Part shown: one piece after another, positions 13,053 through 23,775 of the stretch
Layout: each line of letters starts with the position of its first letter
Position numbering within the stretch: position 1 is the stretch's first letter
Assembly: GCA_965113315.1 (NCBI GenBank)
Contig: OZ220363.1
Length of the DNA: 64,000 bases
Source of the DNA: Podarcis vaucheri
Taxonomy: Eukaryota
Direction: 5' to 3' (one strand)
The notes under the pieces: model-generated
Told to the model about the DNA's origin: nothing
Database searches by the model: none
Seen by the model: only the letters and a program-made list of their open reading frames with translations
Program-made: the position numbers and the translations under genes

Positions 13053-13775
13053 CCACGATAGCTCAGTTAGTTATAGCATTGTGCTGCTAACGCCAAGGTT
13101 GCAGGTTTGATCCCTCTATGGGACAGCTGCCTATTCCTGCATCACAGGGGGTTGGATTGGATCAGGGGTCGGCAAACTAAGGCCCGGGGACCGGATGCGG
13201 CCCACCGGGCTCGTTCATCTGGCCTGCAGACCCTGCTGCCCGCTCGGTCAGTCCCTGCGCTAAATCGGTGTGGCGCGGAGGCCTTGCCACATGGGGACTG
13301 ACTTCTGCAATGCTGATGCAGCTTCAGATTGGCTGCAGGAAGGTCCTGCAGCCAATCCGAAGCAGCGAATGCCTCTGGGTGACGTCCCTTCCTTCCCGCT
13401 GAGGCAGCTGCGTATGGCCAAGAGCCAAGCGGGAGGAAGCGGCGGTGGCGGAGAGGCTGCCTCTGCCGCCCAGGTCAGTGGGCTGGGCTCTGCACCCCGT
13501 GAACCCCTGGCCAAGGCAGAGGATGAAGACAATGCTGCCAAAGACAAGGTGGCGTTGGCAGCTGCAGCGTGAGTGGCATCAGCGTCGGTGGGGTTTTTCC
13601 TTTCGGGAGAGGGGGGGGTCCTTTGGGGAGGGGGTACTTTCAGGAGAGGGTGGGTCCAGCCCCCCACAAGGTCTGAGGGACAGTGGACCAGCCCCCTCCT
13701 GCAAAAGTTTGCTGACCCCTGGATTGGATGGTCCTCAGGGTTCCTTCCAACTCTGCAGTTCTGTGATTCTATGAA
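13053..13775 (+). mobile_element. tRNA-Ile-like SINE with CR1-type tail, split by the hAT element
   Basis: ATAGCTCAGTTAGTTATAGCATTGTGCTGCTAACGCCAAGGTTGCAGGTTTGATCCC head; tail resumes TTCCAACTCTGCAGTTCTGTGATTCTATG. Confidence 0.8.
13163..13721 (+). mobile_element. hAT non-autonomous element inserted into a SINE tail
   Basis: CAGGGGTCGGCAAAC...GTTTGCTGACCCCTG TIRs; perfect TSD GATTGGAT (13155-13162, 13722-13729). Confidence 0.92.
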
Positions 13776-14658
13776 TTTCGGAAGCAAGCAAGCCTGGCGT
13801 ATTCTGAGATCAAACCTGCTCTCTGACCTTTGAGCGTTTGAGAATCCTGCTGAAAGCCCCACTTCCGCCTCTGCATAGCTCTCTCCATGGGTTTTCATTG
13901 TGACGCCAGATGCACGAGGTATCTTTAGGAACTTTGGGAATATATTGTTATATGTATTCTTTTTAAGCTGTAAATGGGGTAGCTGGAAGCAGAGCCGAGG
14001 CAGGCGAGATGATTTATTTCAGTGTATTTTGAAGACAGTAATAAAGCCTCGCCCTCTTGTTCCACTGGTAAAGCAATTGTCAAAGGGTGTGTCTGTGTGA
14101 AGGGTTTGTCAGAGGCTGGATGTGCTTGCACAGCCCATCTGAATTTGTGCGCGTCTTGCAACAAAGGATCTTTTGTCTCTCTCACTAGGCTCTTATACAA
14201 ATTCTATGGCACTGAAAAAGGCAGGTTGGATATAGGATATGGATGTAGACAGAAGAACTTGGATCTGCCATCTTAAGGGTGGTTTTTTTTACAAGCTGTT
14301 GTGGCAGAAGTAAGGTCTTATGAAGGAGGGGGCATCCTTAAGCCCCAGAATAGGATTGCAGCACCTGCTGACTCCTGAAATTCAGTGTAATGCAACAGAC
14401 ACACAGACACACAAATAAATATATTCATGGAGATGTTTTGTATCTACTTTGAACGGAGGCTTCTTGTTGAAGAGAAGTGGTTAAGGGATTGAGGTCGTGG
14501 ATGTGGCTTCCCCCAAAGAATCCTGGGAACTGTAGTTTGTTAAGGGTGCTGGGGATTGTAGTATTGTAAGGGGTGAGTTATGGTTCCCAGGATTCTGGGA
14601 GAAAACCTTTCTGAATCAGAAAGTCCCTGCTTTCTCTAGGCGGTCTTAGGGGAAGCTG

Positions 14659-14728
14659 CTCTCTCTCTCTCTCTCTCTCTCCCCCTCCCTCCCTCCCTCC
14701 CTCCCTCCCTCCCTCTCTCTCTCTCTCT
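14659..14728. repeat. (CT)n/(CCCT)n compound microsatellite
   Basis: Direct reading. Confidence 0.9.
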
Positions 14729-15299
14729 GCCTCAGTCGCTCAATCTGAAGTATGGGAGTAAACAATGCTGACCTTCTGAATTTCTGTAAGCTTTACAGTA
14801 TAAGGATTGCAACTGGGTTATGTATATGAAGCACTGTGACCACTTGAAAGCTCTGTACAAAAGTTATGTTTAATTACTTCATTGACAGTTTAGTGGAAGC
14901 AAAAGGGTTTTCCCCGCACACATTTCATATACAGGTAACTCCCTATTTATTGGGGGGGGGTTATGTTTCGAGGCACCGCGTGTTTGAGTGAAGTAAGGTA
15001 TATTTGAAACGCCATTGAAAAAGCCTGCAAACACCCTGTTCCTGCCCTGCCTTGCCCTGTTACCACCCCCTTTTGTGATGTTTTTGGCTCATTTCCGAGC
15101 TAGATGCTATGCCCATATGCACGGTCGTGCACCTATTGAATGCATTCGAATGAGGAGTTGTCTGTACACATCAGTTGACCTACAAAGTTCTTCTTCTTGA
15201 AAAATGTTACAAATTGACACCTGTACAATGTCCCTTGTTTATTTACTACCCCCATCAATGTAAAAGTACCCTGATTATTTTTCATAGAGCAATGGGCAG

Positions 15300-15733
15300 C
15301 GACAGGAAATGTGTGCAGAGGAGGGCAACCAAGATGATCAGGGGTCTGGAAACTAAGCCTTATGAGGAGCGTTTGAAGGAGCTGGGTATGTTTAGCCTGG
15401 AAAAGAGGAGACTGAGAGAAGATATGATAGCCATCTTCAAATATCTGAAGGGCCGTCACATGAAGGAGAGAGCATGCTTGTTTTTTCCTGCTCTGGAGAG
15501 TAGGCTTCAAGCTGCATGAAAGGAGATTCCAACTAACATTAGGGAAAACTTTCTGACAGTAAGAGCTGTTCGGCAGTGGAACAGACTCCCTCGAGAGGTG
15601 GTGGACTCCCTTTCTTTGGAGACTTTTAAGCAGAGGTTGGGTGGCCATCTGTCATGGATACTTTAGCTGAGATTCCTGCATTGCAGGGAGTTGGACTAGA
15701 TGACCCTTGGGTCCCTTCCAACTCTGATTCTAG
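15300..15733 (+). mobile_element. CR1 3' fragment (older subfamily)
   Basis: [35 protein letters not shown] remnant and CR1 3' UTR. Confidence 0.88.
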
Positions 15734-15772
15734 GACACCCAAGAGCACTGGACGCAAACCAGTTTACAGTTA

Positions 15773-16031
15773 CAGTCGTACCTCGAGTTGAATGTGCTTT
15801 GGGTTGGGCGTGTTCGGTTGCGCTCCACGCCAACCTGCAAGTAACGGAGCGCATTACTTCTGGGTTTCGCCGCTCGCGCATGCGCAGACGCTCAAAATGA
15901 CGCCACGTGCATGCGCGGTAGCGGCGAAACGCGACCCGTGCATGCGCAGACGCGCTGTCACGTCTTGCGTTCCATTTGGGATGCGAACGGGGCTCCGGAA
16001 CGGATCCCGTTCGCATCCTGAGGTAACACTG
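15773..16031. mobile_element. Tigger-like MITE
   Basis: TA|CAGTCGTACCTC...GAGGTAACACTG|TA; internal GCGCATGCGC palindromes. Confidence 0.88.
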
Positions 16032-16224
16032 TACATGCCAAAGGAGTAAACAAAACCCCTCCTGCCCCCTTTATGGCATTCAAGGTACAGAAACCTCTTT
16101 CTTAGCCTAGACTATTCCTCCCCCAATCCAGAACCCCATTTGCTGGGAGAAGCTGGGATAGGAAGGGGTAAGGGTAAATGCATCTATCCAGAGCTGATTC
16201 GAGCTCATGGATTGGGTGGGTATA

Positions 16225-16464
16225 CAGTCATACCTCATGTTACGTTTGCTGCAGGTTGAACGTATTCAGGTTGTGTCCCGTGGCAACCCGGAAGTACCAG
16301 AAAGGGTTACTTCTGGGTTTTGCTGCTCGCGCATGCACAAACATGCAAAATGATGTCATGCGCAGAAGCGGCGAATCGCAACACGCGCAGACGCAGGTTG
16401 CGTTCTGCACATATTGCGAACAGGCCTCCGGAACAGATTCCATTCACAACCAGAGGTACCACTG
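16225..16464. mobile_element. Tigger-like MITE
   Basis: TA|CAGTCATACCTC...GAGGTACCACTG|TA. Confidence 0.88.
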
Positions 16465-17504
16465 TACTTTCAAATGTGTTGGGCAATTTTCTGCAAAACC
16501 CGTCCCCCTTTGAATGAAACAAGTGGTTTTCTTTCATTTTTCCAGAGAGTGAGGCAACTCATGACTGCACAGGAAGTGCCAGCAGGTTGGCACAAAGCCT
16601 TGTAATGTTTGTGGGGACATTTCTCTAACCAATGGCAGTTTTCCTGCAGGTTTCTTACTGGTGTTTTCTGGCTCTGAGTGTTTGGATATTGTCAAGGACA
16701 CTTCTTCAGACACCAGCATTCTACCCTACCATGCATTGGAAATCTCATTGTAATAGGAATTATAATACCCCCAAACCCCCTAGTGTGATTTCCCTCCCCG
16801 ACATTGGATAAAGGTTCCGATTGTGCCAAGTGAATACCCCTCCCCTACCTTGCTGATAAGGTGTAGCTGTGGAATGTGCAGTATAACTTTGAAGCTCTTC
16901 GTGTTTGTTTTTTTGTTCCTATCCTTAAAAAAAAACAAAAACCACAGTATTTAAACTGAAATGTGCTAAGATCTTCTCTAGTGTTTATTAAGTTGAAAGA
17001 AAGATTGCAATTATGGAAAAGCCAACCTTGACTAACTCATCAAAGCGCTGAAGTTTTCTAATGCTTGCACAAGCTAAGAAAACATTCCATAATCTAAAAA
17101 ATTTGAATGAACGAATCATCTAATATATGTTGTATTATTGCACAGTGTTCTGTTGGCGTAACTCATAGTCACTCAAAAAGCTGCTCCAGTCTTTGTGAAG
17201 ATCTCTGAAACCGTGCAGCTGCAAAGTCTCGCTATCAGGAAACTGAGTACATAAAAACAGTTGTCCTGCCCATAGGTGACCAATAGGCAACTGGGTTTTT
17301 GTGGCATCCCTAGAAGGGACTAAGAGGGCCCATGGCCAAGTTATAGCATGGGGTTAGACCTGTGTCCCTGTCTCCACTGTGGTTGAACAGGGGCAAGACT
17401 GTTTCAAGGTACAGGGGGTTAGATATGTGCTATGGTGCCACCCTAGACTCAGACCATCTCATCCTTGGGATTTGAGTTGTTATGCTAACCAGAAAGATTG
17501 ACTG

Positions 17505-17937
17505 TGTAATGGGTATGAGTTACTCGTGCGTAAACTGCTGCCTCTCTAGGCTTAATTGCCTTGGTTAGACCGTTCTGACTGCACAGCCCATCTCCACGTG
17601 GCTGTCTCAGTCGCTGGCAGAATCTGTCTGTGGGCGTTTCTTAAACCTTTTCCAGCATAGAAGCTGTCTGACTCCCAGTCTCCTCCTCCTCTCACTGCGC
17701 GGGAGTCTTCTGCGGAGGGAGGGCGTGGGTAGTGGAGGACCTGTGCTCTCCTCACTGATCTCCAGAGAAGAATCCAGGAGCTCTCCCTCCGCTTCCCCCA
17801 TTTGCCCCCCTTTATCCCTGGTGTTGCGCTGATTTCCTTCCTCTACCGAGCTGCTTCTCCCCCTGGTGCTGGGTCCTTCGCCCGCAGAATCTGGGAGCCT
17901 CCCCTTCGCCTCTCCCTCCGATGTCAGTTCCCTGACA
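17505..17937 (-). mobile_element. Solo LTR (433 bp), Gypsy/ERV-like
   Basis: TGTAA...TGACA termini with 5-bp TSD GACTG (17500-17504, 17938-17942); CpGs retained. Orientation inferred from the open frame. Confidence 0.82.
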
Positions 17938-18061
17938 GACTGTCACGGCACTGACCAAAACCCCATCCTATTCAGTGCTACGGCTCATGCGTTGCTCTCA
18001 GAAGGTCAGACCATGAATCTCAGCCATCTTGCATGACAGGGCTAGCAAAGCCTTTTTTAAG

Positions 18062-18640
18062 AAAGCCATTGTAGTGAAGTGGTTAGGATGCTGGGAGGCC
18101 CAGGTTCAAATTCTCTCTTGCCTGTGAAGCTTGGAGCTGGTGTCCTTCAACAGGGGCCAGAATCCCAGACCCAAGCAGAACCCGCTGATGATGCCCCTTC
18201 CTGAGACCCCTCTAGGTTTTTTCCTGACCTGGCACTCCAAGCAGGTGGTTGGATCTAGCCACCCTTCTCATTTTTCACAATGCCCCCAGCCTATTGCCCA
18301 TTCTGGAGCAATGTGGGGAATTAAAGGTTGTTGGGGGGGAGGGTAGACCCCCCCAGCAGTTCTGCTTGGAGCACTGTCACTGCAACCAGGTGAGCCAGAG
18401 CCCACTGACAGAGAAAGAGCACAATTTGCCCAGGGCCCCCTCACACCTGGAGCTGGCCCTGATGAAGTTCACAGGGTGCCCTTGGGCCACATCTCTCTCT
18501 CTCTCTCTCTCTCTCTCCCCCCCCCCCTGAACCTACTCCACAGATTGTTTTGAAGATAAAGGGGGGGGGGAGAGAACCATGTATACTTCCTAGAGCATCT
18601 GCATTTTCAGAATGAAAATGTAATAAACAATAAAAACATT
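18062..18640 (+). mobile_element. Degraded CORE-type SINE containing a hAT-like insertion (about 18132-18461)
   Basis: SINE head at 18062-18131, resuming at 18462; flanks GTGAAGCT/ATGAAGTT. Confidence 0.55.
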
Positions 18641-18649
18641 TTTAGATTA

Positions 18650-18903
18650 CAGTCATACCTCATGTTACGTCCGCTTCATGGTACGTTGCTTCAGGTTACG
18701 TCCTGCGGTGACCTGGAAGTACTGGAAAGGGTTACTTCCGGGTTTCGCCGCTCGCGCATGCGCAGAAGCGCAAAATGACATCATGCGCAGAAGCGGCCAA
18801 TCGCAACCCGCGTTTGTACAGACGCACCGCTGCAGGTTGCACTCTTTTCATGTTGCGAATGGGCCTCCTGAACGGATCCCGTTCGCAACCAGAGGTACCA
18901 CTG
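18650..18903. mobile_element. Tigger-like MITE (same subfamily as 16225-16464)
   Basis: TA|CAGTCATACCTC...GAGGTACCACTG|TA. Confidence 0.88.
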
Positions 18904-20610
18904 TATATATTTTCCTCGTGGACAGGGACGTCTCTGTTTTTGTGACGAAACTGTGCAAAGTGTCGCATGCACAGTTAATAAGTGTCACGTCGAGCCGTTT
19001 AAAAATCACACAATACCTGGCGAGTTGTTCTCAGAGATCTCCCTGGCAAAAACACTTCTGCCAGACAGCAAGATCGGCAGGAGATTTGGAAATGAAACCG
19101 AGATGTTACTGAAAGGAAATGTAAACCCGGAGGGAGAATGATAGCAGAAAGATGGATGGGATCCAAAGAAAGGTAACTCTTCTTTTGCAATCCCTTTGAG
19201 AAGAACCTGGCCAGTGTGCTTTGCGTTCCATGTGACTTAGACACACCTGGCTTTTAGCTGTTGATTGTTGCTGGTAGAGGTGCCTGTGGTTCATTGCATC
19301 AATGCAGTCTCTTGGTTAAACATTCCCCCCCTATTGGTTGTTCCAGCAGGAGGGTGCTATTGCTGCTTGGCTGATGTGAGAAAAGGAAGGAAGCATGTTC
19401 AAAGTTTTAATGTGTTAGCCATGTCTGCCAAACCTACTGATAGCTGAGCCATGTTTTTCTTCTTTCGGAATCATAAAATTGGAGGTGTTCAATCATTCTT
19501 CCAGGTCAAATGATTTGCTTTTAAAATGTGTTCACAGTAATAATTTCCCCGTCCTCAGAGGAGCACCCCTGCTGTGTCTCTGCTTGATTTGGGCATTCAC
19601 TCACTGGTGAGAGGGGACTTGCAGCTGAACAGAGGAGAGGCAGCACCGAGGAAACAGCTCATAAATGAGACTATGGAATTCACTGCCACAAGATGGCTTA
19701 AAAATGGGGTTGGACAAAGTCACAGAAGGTGAGGCTGTCAGTGGCTGGCTACTAGACGTGCATCATTCCTCTTGAGTACCACTTGCTGGGGACAACTGCT
19801 CTTGTTCCCTATTTGTGGGATTTCCGCATCATCTGATCTGCCACTGCGGAAAACAGGATGCTGGCAAGGTGGGCCTTCCTTCTGATCCAGCAGGGCTTTC
19901 CTTACATTCTTACACTCTGAAAACCAACCTCCAAAGGTGCCGCCACCTGATACTCAAATATGGTGTGCCCAATGCTTTTGAGCCCTTTCTCTGCCTTTGG
20001 GAGCAAATGTTTTGTTCCACTTGTCTTGGTGGTTTGTTTAAACAAAGCCACCCCCCCCGCCCCCCGTAAACCTGCAGTTTGATGACGTTGCGCAATGTGT
20101 CGGTTTTATCAGATGTTATTAGAAAAGGAGGAGTGTGTAGTTCTAAAATTCTGGGATGGGGAGCAGAGCAGGCCTGACTCTCTTTTACGATAACCACATG
20201 GTGCATTTAGAAAGTCTGGGGAGCATGATTTGGTTAGAATTGGGGGAAGCGAATGGTGGGATCTGTGGCATTCATAAAGCAACCTTTCCCCTATAATTTG
20301 ATCCACCTCCTGTCTCTGTTAGCATTTAGTTCCATCCTGAAATTAGTGTTCTGTACTCACTAGAATATTGGCTTAAATGCCAGGCAACGTTTTTCTTAAT
20401 AAAACAGCAGCGAAAGATGCAGACCCTTACTAAACGCTTATGAATGAGTGGATTGTGTGTGTGTTTGGAAAACCCCTCACCACCTTGCTTAACGAATCAG
20501 GATAAGGAGATGACACACCCTATTCATGTGCATTTGGAGCAAAGTGCTTTTGTTTCTTTTCCCAGCTGCCAATCAAAGAGCAGCTCCTCACGCCTGAGTA
20601 TGTACTTAAG

Positions 20611-20619
20611 TTCCTTAAC
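20611..20619 (+). promoter_or_regulatory. U12-type (minor spliceosome) branch-point sequence
   Basis: TTCCTTAAC ending 11 nt before the exon at 20631, with no real polypyrimidine tract between it and the AG. Confidence 0.78.
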
Positions 20620-20630
20620 CTCCACCACAG

Positions 20631-20662
20631 ACATGCTGCTTGACCTCAGCGATCTCCTTCAG
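20631..20662 (+). CDS. BRF1: BRF1 coding micro-exon (human exon 4 equivalent), (H)MLLDLSDLLQ
   Basis: ccacag|ACATGCTGCTTGACCTCAGCGATCTCCTTCAG|gtattg; 32 nt, ends phase 0 and joins the next exon in frame. Confidence 0.92.
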
Positions 20663-21112
20663 GTATTGTACTGCATCTGCTTTTCTCCAAATGTTCTGCT
20701 CAAACATTAATGCTTGCAAGTGAAGAGCTACTAACGTGGGTGCTTATTCAGGAAGCCTTAATTATCTCTTTTTTTGGCTTAGCAGTGCTGGACAGGAAAA
20801 TCACAGGGGTTGGAAATCGGGGATAATTGTTCTATGCAATTAGAGATCAAGTGTTTGGTGCCTCTCGCTCCCTTCAACAAATAACAAATCAACAGTTAGC
20901 ATCATTGTGATGCTAATGAACTTGCTGCTGAGGCAGTGGCCCAAGGTCAGATTTTATATACCTGCTTCCCCCCCCCCCAACCTGGTGCCTTCCAGCTGTT
21001 TTTGGACTACAACTCCCATCATCCCTAGCTAGCAAGACCAGTGGTCAAGGATAATGGAAATTGTAGTCCAAAAACAGCTGGAGACCCAAGTTTAGGAAGC
21101 ACGGCTTTTGAG

Positions 21113-21713
21113 CAGTGTTTCTCAACCGCAGGCTGTATGGCCCCCTGGAGACCCCATAGAAAATTCCAAAGGGGCCACAGGTGAAAATCACGTAAATGGG
21201 GGGGGGGTCACGGCACAAGACGGGGGCCACAGAGGGAAGTGAGAAGTGAAGAAAACAGAAGTGACTGAGAAAAGAAATCAGAAAAGAAAAAACAAAACAG
21301 AGAAGTCGTAGAGAATAGAAAACAAGAGTAGAGTCAACCGAGAAGTGACCATGCTGCCCAGTGGATTTGTAAAAATTAGAAATAAGACATGTTCTATTTA
21401 CAAGCAAGACATTTAAATACAGTGGTACCTCAGGTTAAGTACTTAATTCGTTCCGGAGGTCCTTACTTAACCTGAAACTGTTCTTAACCTGAAGCACCAC
21501 CTTTAGCTGCCGCCGCCATGCGATTTCTGTTCACATCCTGAAGCAAAGTTCTTAACCTGAAGCACTATTTCTGGGTTAGCGGAGTCTGTAACCTGAAGCG
21601 TATGTAACCCAAGGCACCACTGTAGCTACCTTTCTACCGGTAGGACAGGGGGGCCACAGGAAGGAAACAAGGCAGGAAGGGGACCATGGTTGGAAAAACG
21701 TTGAGAACCATTG
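21113..21713. mobile_element. hAT-Charlie-like MITE containing a nested Tigger-like MITE
   Basis: CAGTGTTTCTCAAC...GTTGAGAACCATTG TIRs; TSD CTTTTGAG/CTCTAGAG. Confidence 0.82.
21420..21622. mobile_element. Tc1/mariner (Tigger/pogo-like) MITE
   Basis: TA|CAGTGGTACCTC...GGCACCACTG|TA. Confidence 0.88.
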
Positions 21714-21845
21714 CTCTAGAGTTTCAGACTGGTGAGGACTTTGCCAGCCCTACCCGGGACTATCTACATGCAGAGTAGATTTTCTACCCCCAAGGTGCGA
21801 CCTTCCTTCTACTCCAGGACTTTGGCTGGCACAAGATTGGGGTAG

Positions 21846-22199
21846 CAGGGCTTGTCATTTTATGGGATGAAGCTTACTTTTTGCAAATTTCATCAGTGAT
21901 GAGACTTAAAAAATGTTTTTGGGTGTGGGGAATGCAAATCCGCTGTTATTTTTGTGACTGGGCAGCATTCAGCTTGTTAAGTCTACCGATGAAGCGCATA
22001 AACTGCTTTCGGAAAACAAACCAATTTTTGTTTTAATCCTTCTGAAAATGTCAGGTGATGCTAAATAAATAGAAACGTAAATCAATAATATAACTGCAAG
22101 TACATGGCACACATTTTCTAATGATTTCTATGTAGTTTTACAACTTTTTAGCACCCTTCGTCTTCGGAATTTGAAAGTTGGGAAATTCAGCATGTCCTG
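21846..22199 (+). repeat. Old DNA-transposon-like repeat, copy A
   Basis: Reverse-complement similarity to 23346-23775; ends CAGGGCTTG...CATGTCCTG. Confidence 0.7.
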
Positions 22200-23040
22200 T
22201 TGAGTTAGGCTTTTATGCACCATTCAAGCTAGCTTTTACTTCTTACAAAATTATAGAAAATGCGAAATAGAGGACCATGGGTCAAAAGGGGGGAGAAAAT
22301 ATTTTAGCAGGGTTGGTTTGAAAAGAGAATGATTGATACACATAGGTTTGTTGCATATTTTCTGAATAATTAGGGTGATGGTTGAATGAGCTTTAGCCTC
22401 TGGTAGTTGGTATACTTGCATGATAACTATTTGGACTGAAAGTGCACACAGAGTTGTCTGTAGAAGTGCAGTAAGGATTGGTATTCTCAACGGTTATATA
22501 TATATGTGTTGCATGTGTTTGATATGACCATCCCATATCAAAATATTCTATACACAACTCAGCTGGTAGAGGTTATTTTTGGCCTCTCCAGCTGTCTCTA
22601 GTAACTGGCATCCTCTCATCGACTGCGTGGAGCTTCAAAGAACCTTTGGGAATTGCAGTAATTTAACAAATTTTTATTCTTAAAGGGGCCAGTGCTAAAA
22701 ATAGACTCCATATAGCAGTATGTCAGAGGTGGTAGAGAGGCATTGGGGTTTCATGGCTGCCAATGCTGATTTTTATTATATGATAGATAGTTATAGAAGG
22801 CAACATTTAGCTCTTCTGGATTGTTGAATCTCTTTGACAGTTGGATTTATTTATTTTCCCACTATTTCCCACCCTTTTCAGGTTCACTTTTGACATCAGC
22901 CTAAAGCATGGTGTCTGCTTATTAAATACTGTATACATGTCCATTTTTCTCCTCTCTCTTGCCTACTCTTTCCCCTCCTACTCTTTTCTTTTCTTAAAAA
23001 AAACCTGTCAAAATGCACAACAACAGAAGAAAAAGGGGTG

Positions 23041-23328
23041 ATCATGGAATCATAGGATTTTAGAGTCAGAAGGGATCCCGAGGGTCATCTAGTCTAACCC
23101 CCCCAATGCAGGAATTTGAGCTAAAGCATCCATGGCAGATGACCATCCAGACACCAAGGAAGGAGAGCCCACAACCTCTTGAGGGAGACCGTTCCCCTGT
23201 CAAATAGCTCTTACTGTCAGAAAGTTCTTCCTAACGTTTAGTCAGAATCTCCCTTCTTGTAACTTGAAGCCACTGGTTCAAGTCCTACCCCGCAGAGCAG
23301 GAAGAAACAAGCTTGTTCCCTCTTCCCT
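23041..23328 (-). mobile_element. CR1 3' fragment
   Basis: CR1 tail and AGCTCTTACTGTCAGAAAGTTCTTCCTAA. Confidence 0.8.
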
Positions 23329-23345
23329 CATGATCATTCCCACAG

Positions 23346-23775
23346 CAGGGCATGTTGAATCTTTCAGCTTTCAAATTCCAAAAATGAGCGGTCCTAAAAA
23401 GTTGCAACGTGATTTTGGAATTCGAAAGAAATTTGGGTCAGATTAATATAACATAGATTTGCTTGGTAAGTAAAATGTGTGTAAATGTGCGTGGAAATAA
23501 TTAAAAATGATTGCTAAGCACTTGAAGATATATTATTATTATTAATTATTATTTAGCATTACTTGACATTTTCAGAAGGCAAAATTAAAACTCTTTGGTT
23601 TTCTGAAAGCATTTTATGTGCTTCTTCATCAAAAGTAGACTTACCAAGATAATAGTTGTCCAGTTCCCCAAATAGTAGCAGATTAAAATTAATCACACCC
23701 AAAAACATATTTTTAAGACACCTCATTAAGAAATTTGCAAAAATTAAGTTTTGCTGCCTAAAATGACACGCCCTA
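23346..23775 (-). repeat. Old DNA-transposon-like repeat, copy B (inverted)
   Basis: Ends CAGGGCATG...CACGCCCTA; shares TTTTTGCAAATTTC, TGTTTTTGGGTGTG, CCTTCTGAAAATGTCA, GGAATTTGAAAG with copy A. Confidence 0.7.

Noticed and set aside
13260-13898. 212-aa minus-strand ORF
   Set aside because: Runs across MITE and SINE boundaries; no transposase motifs.
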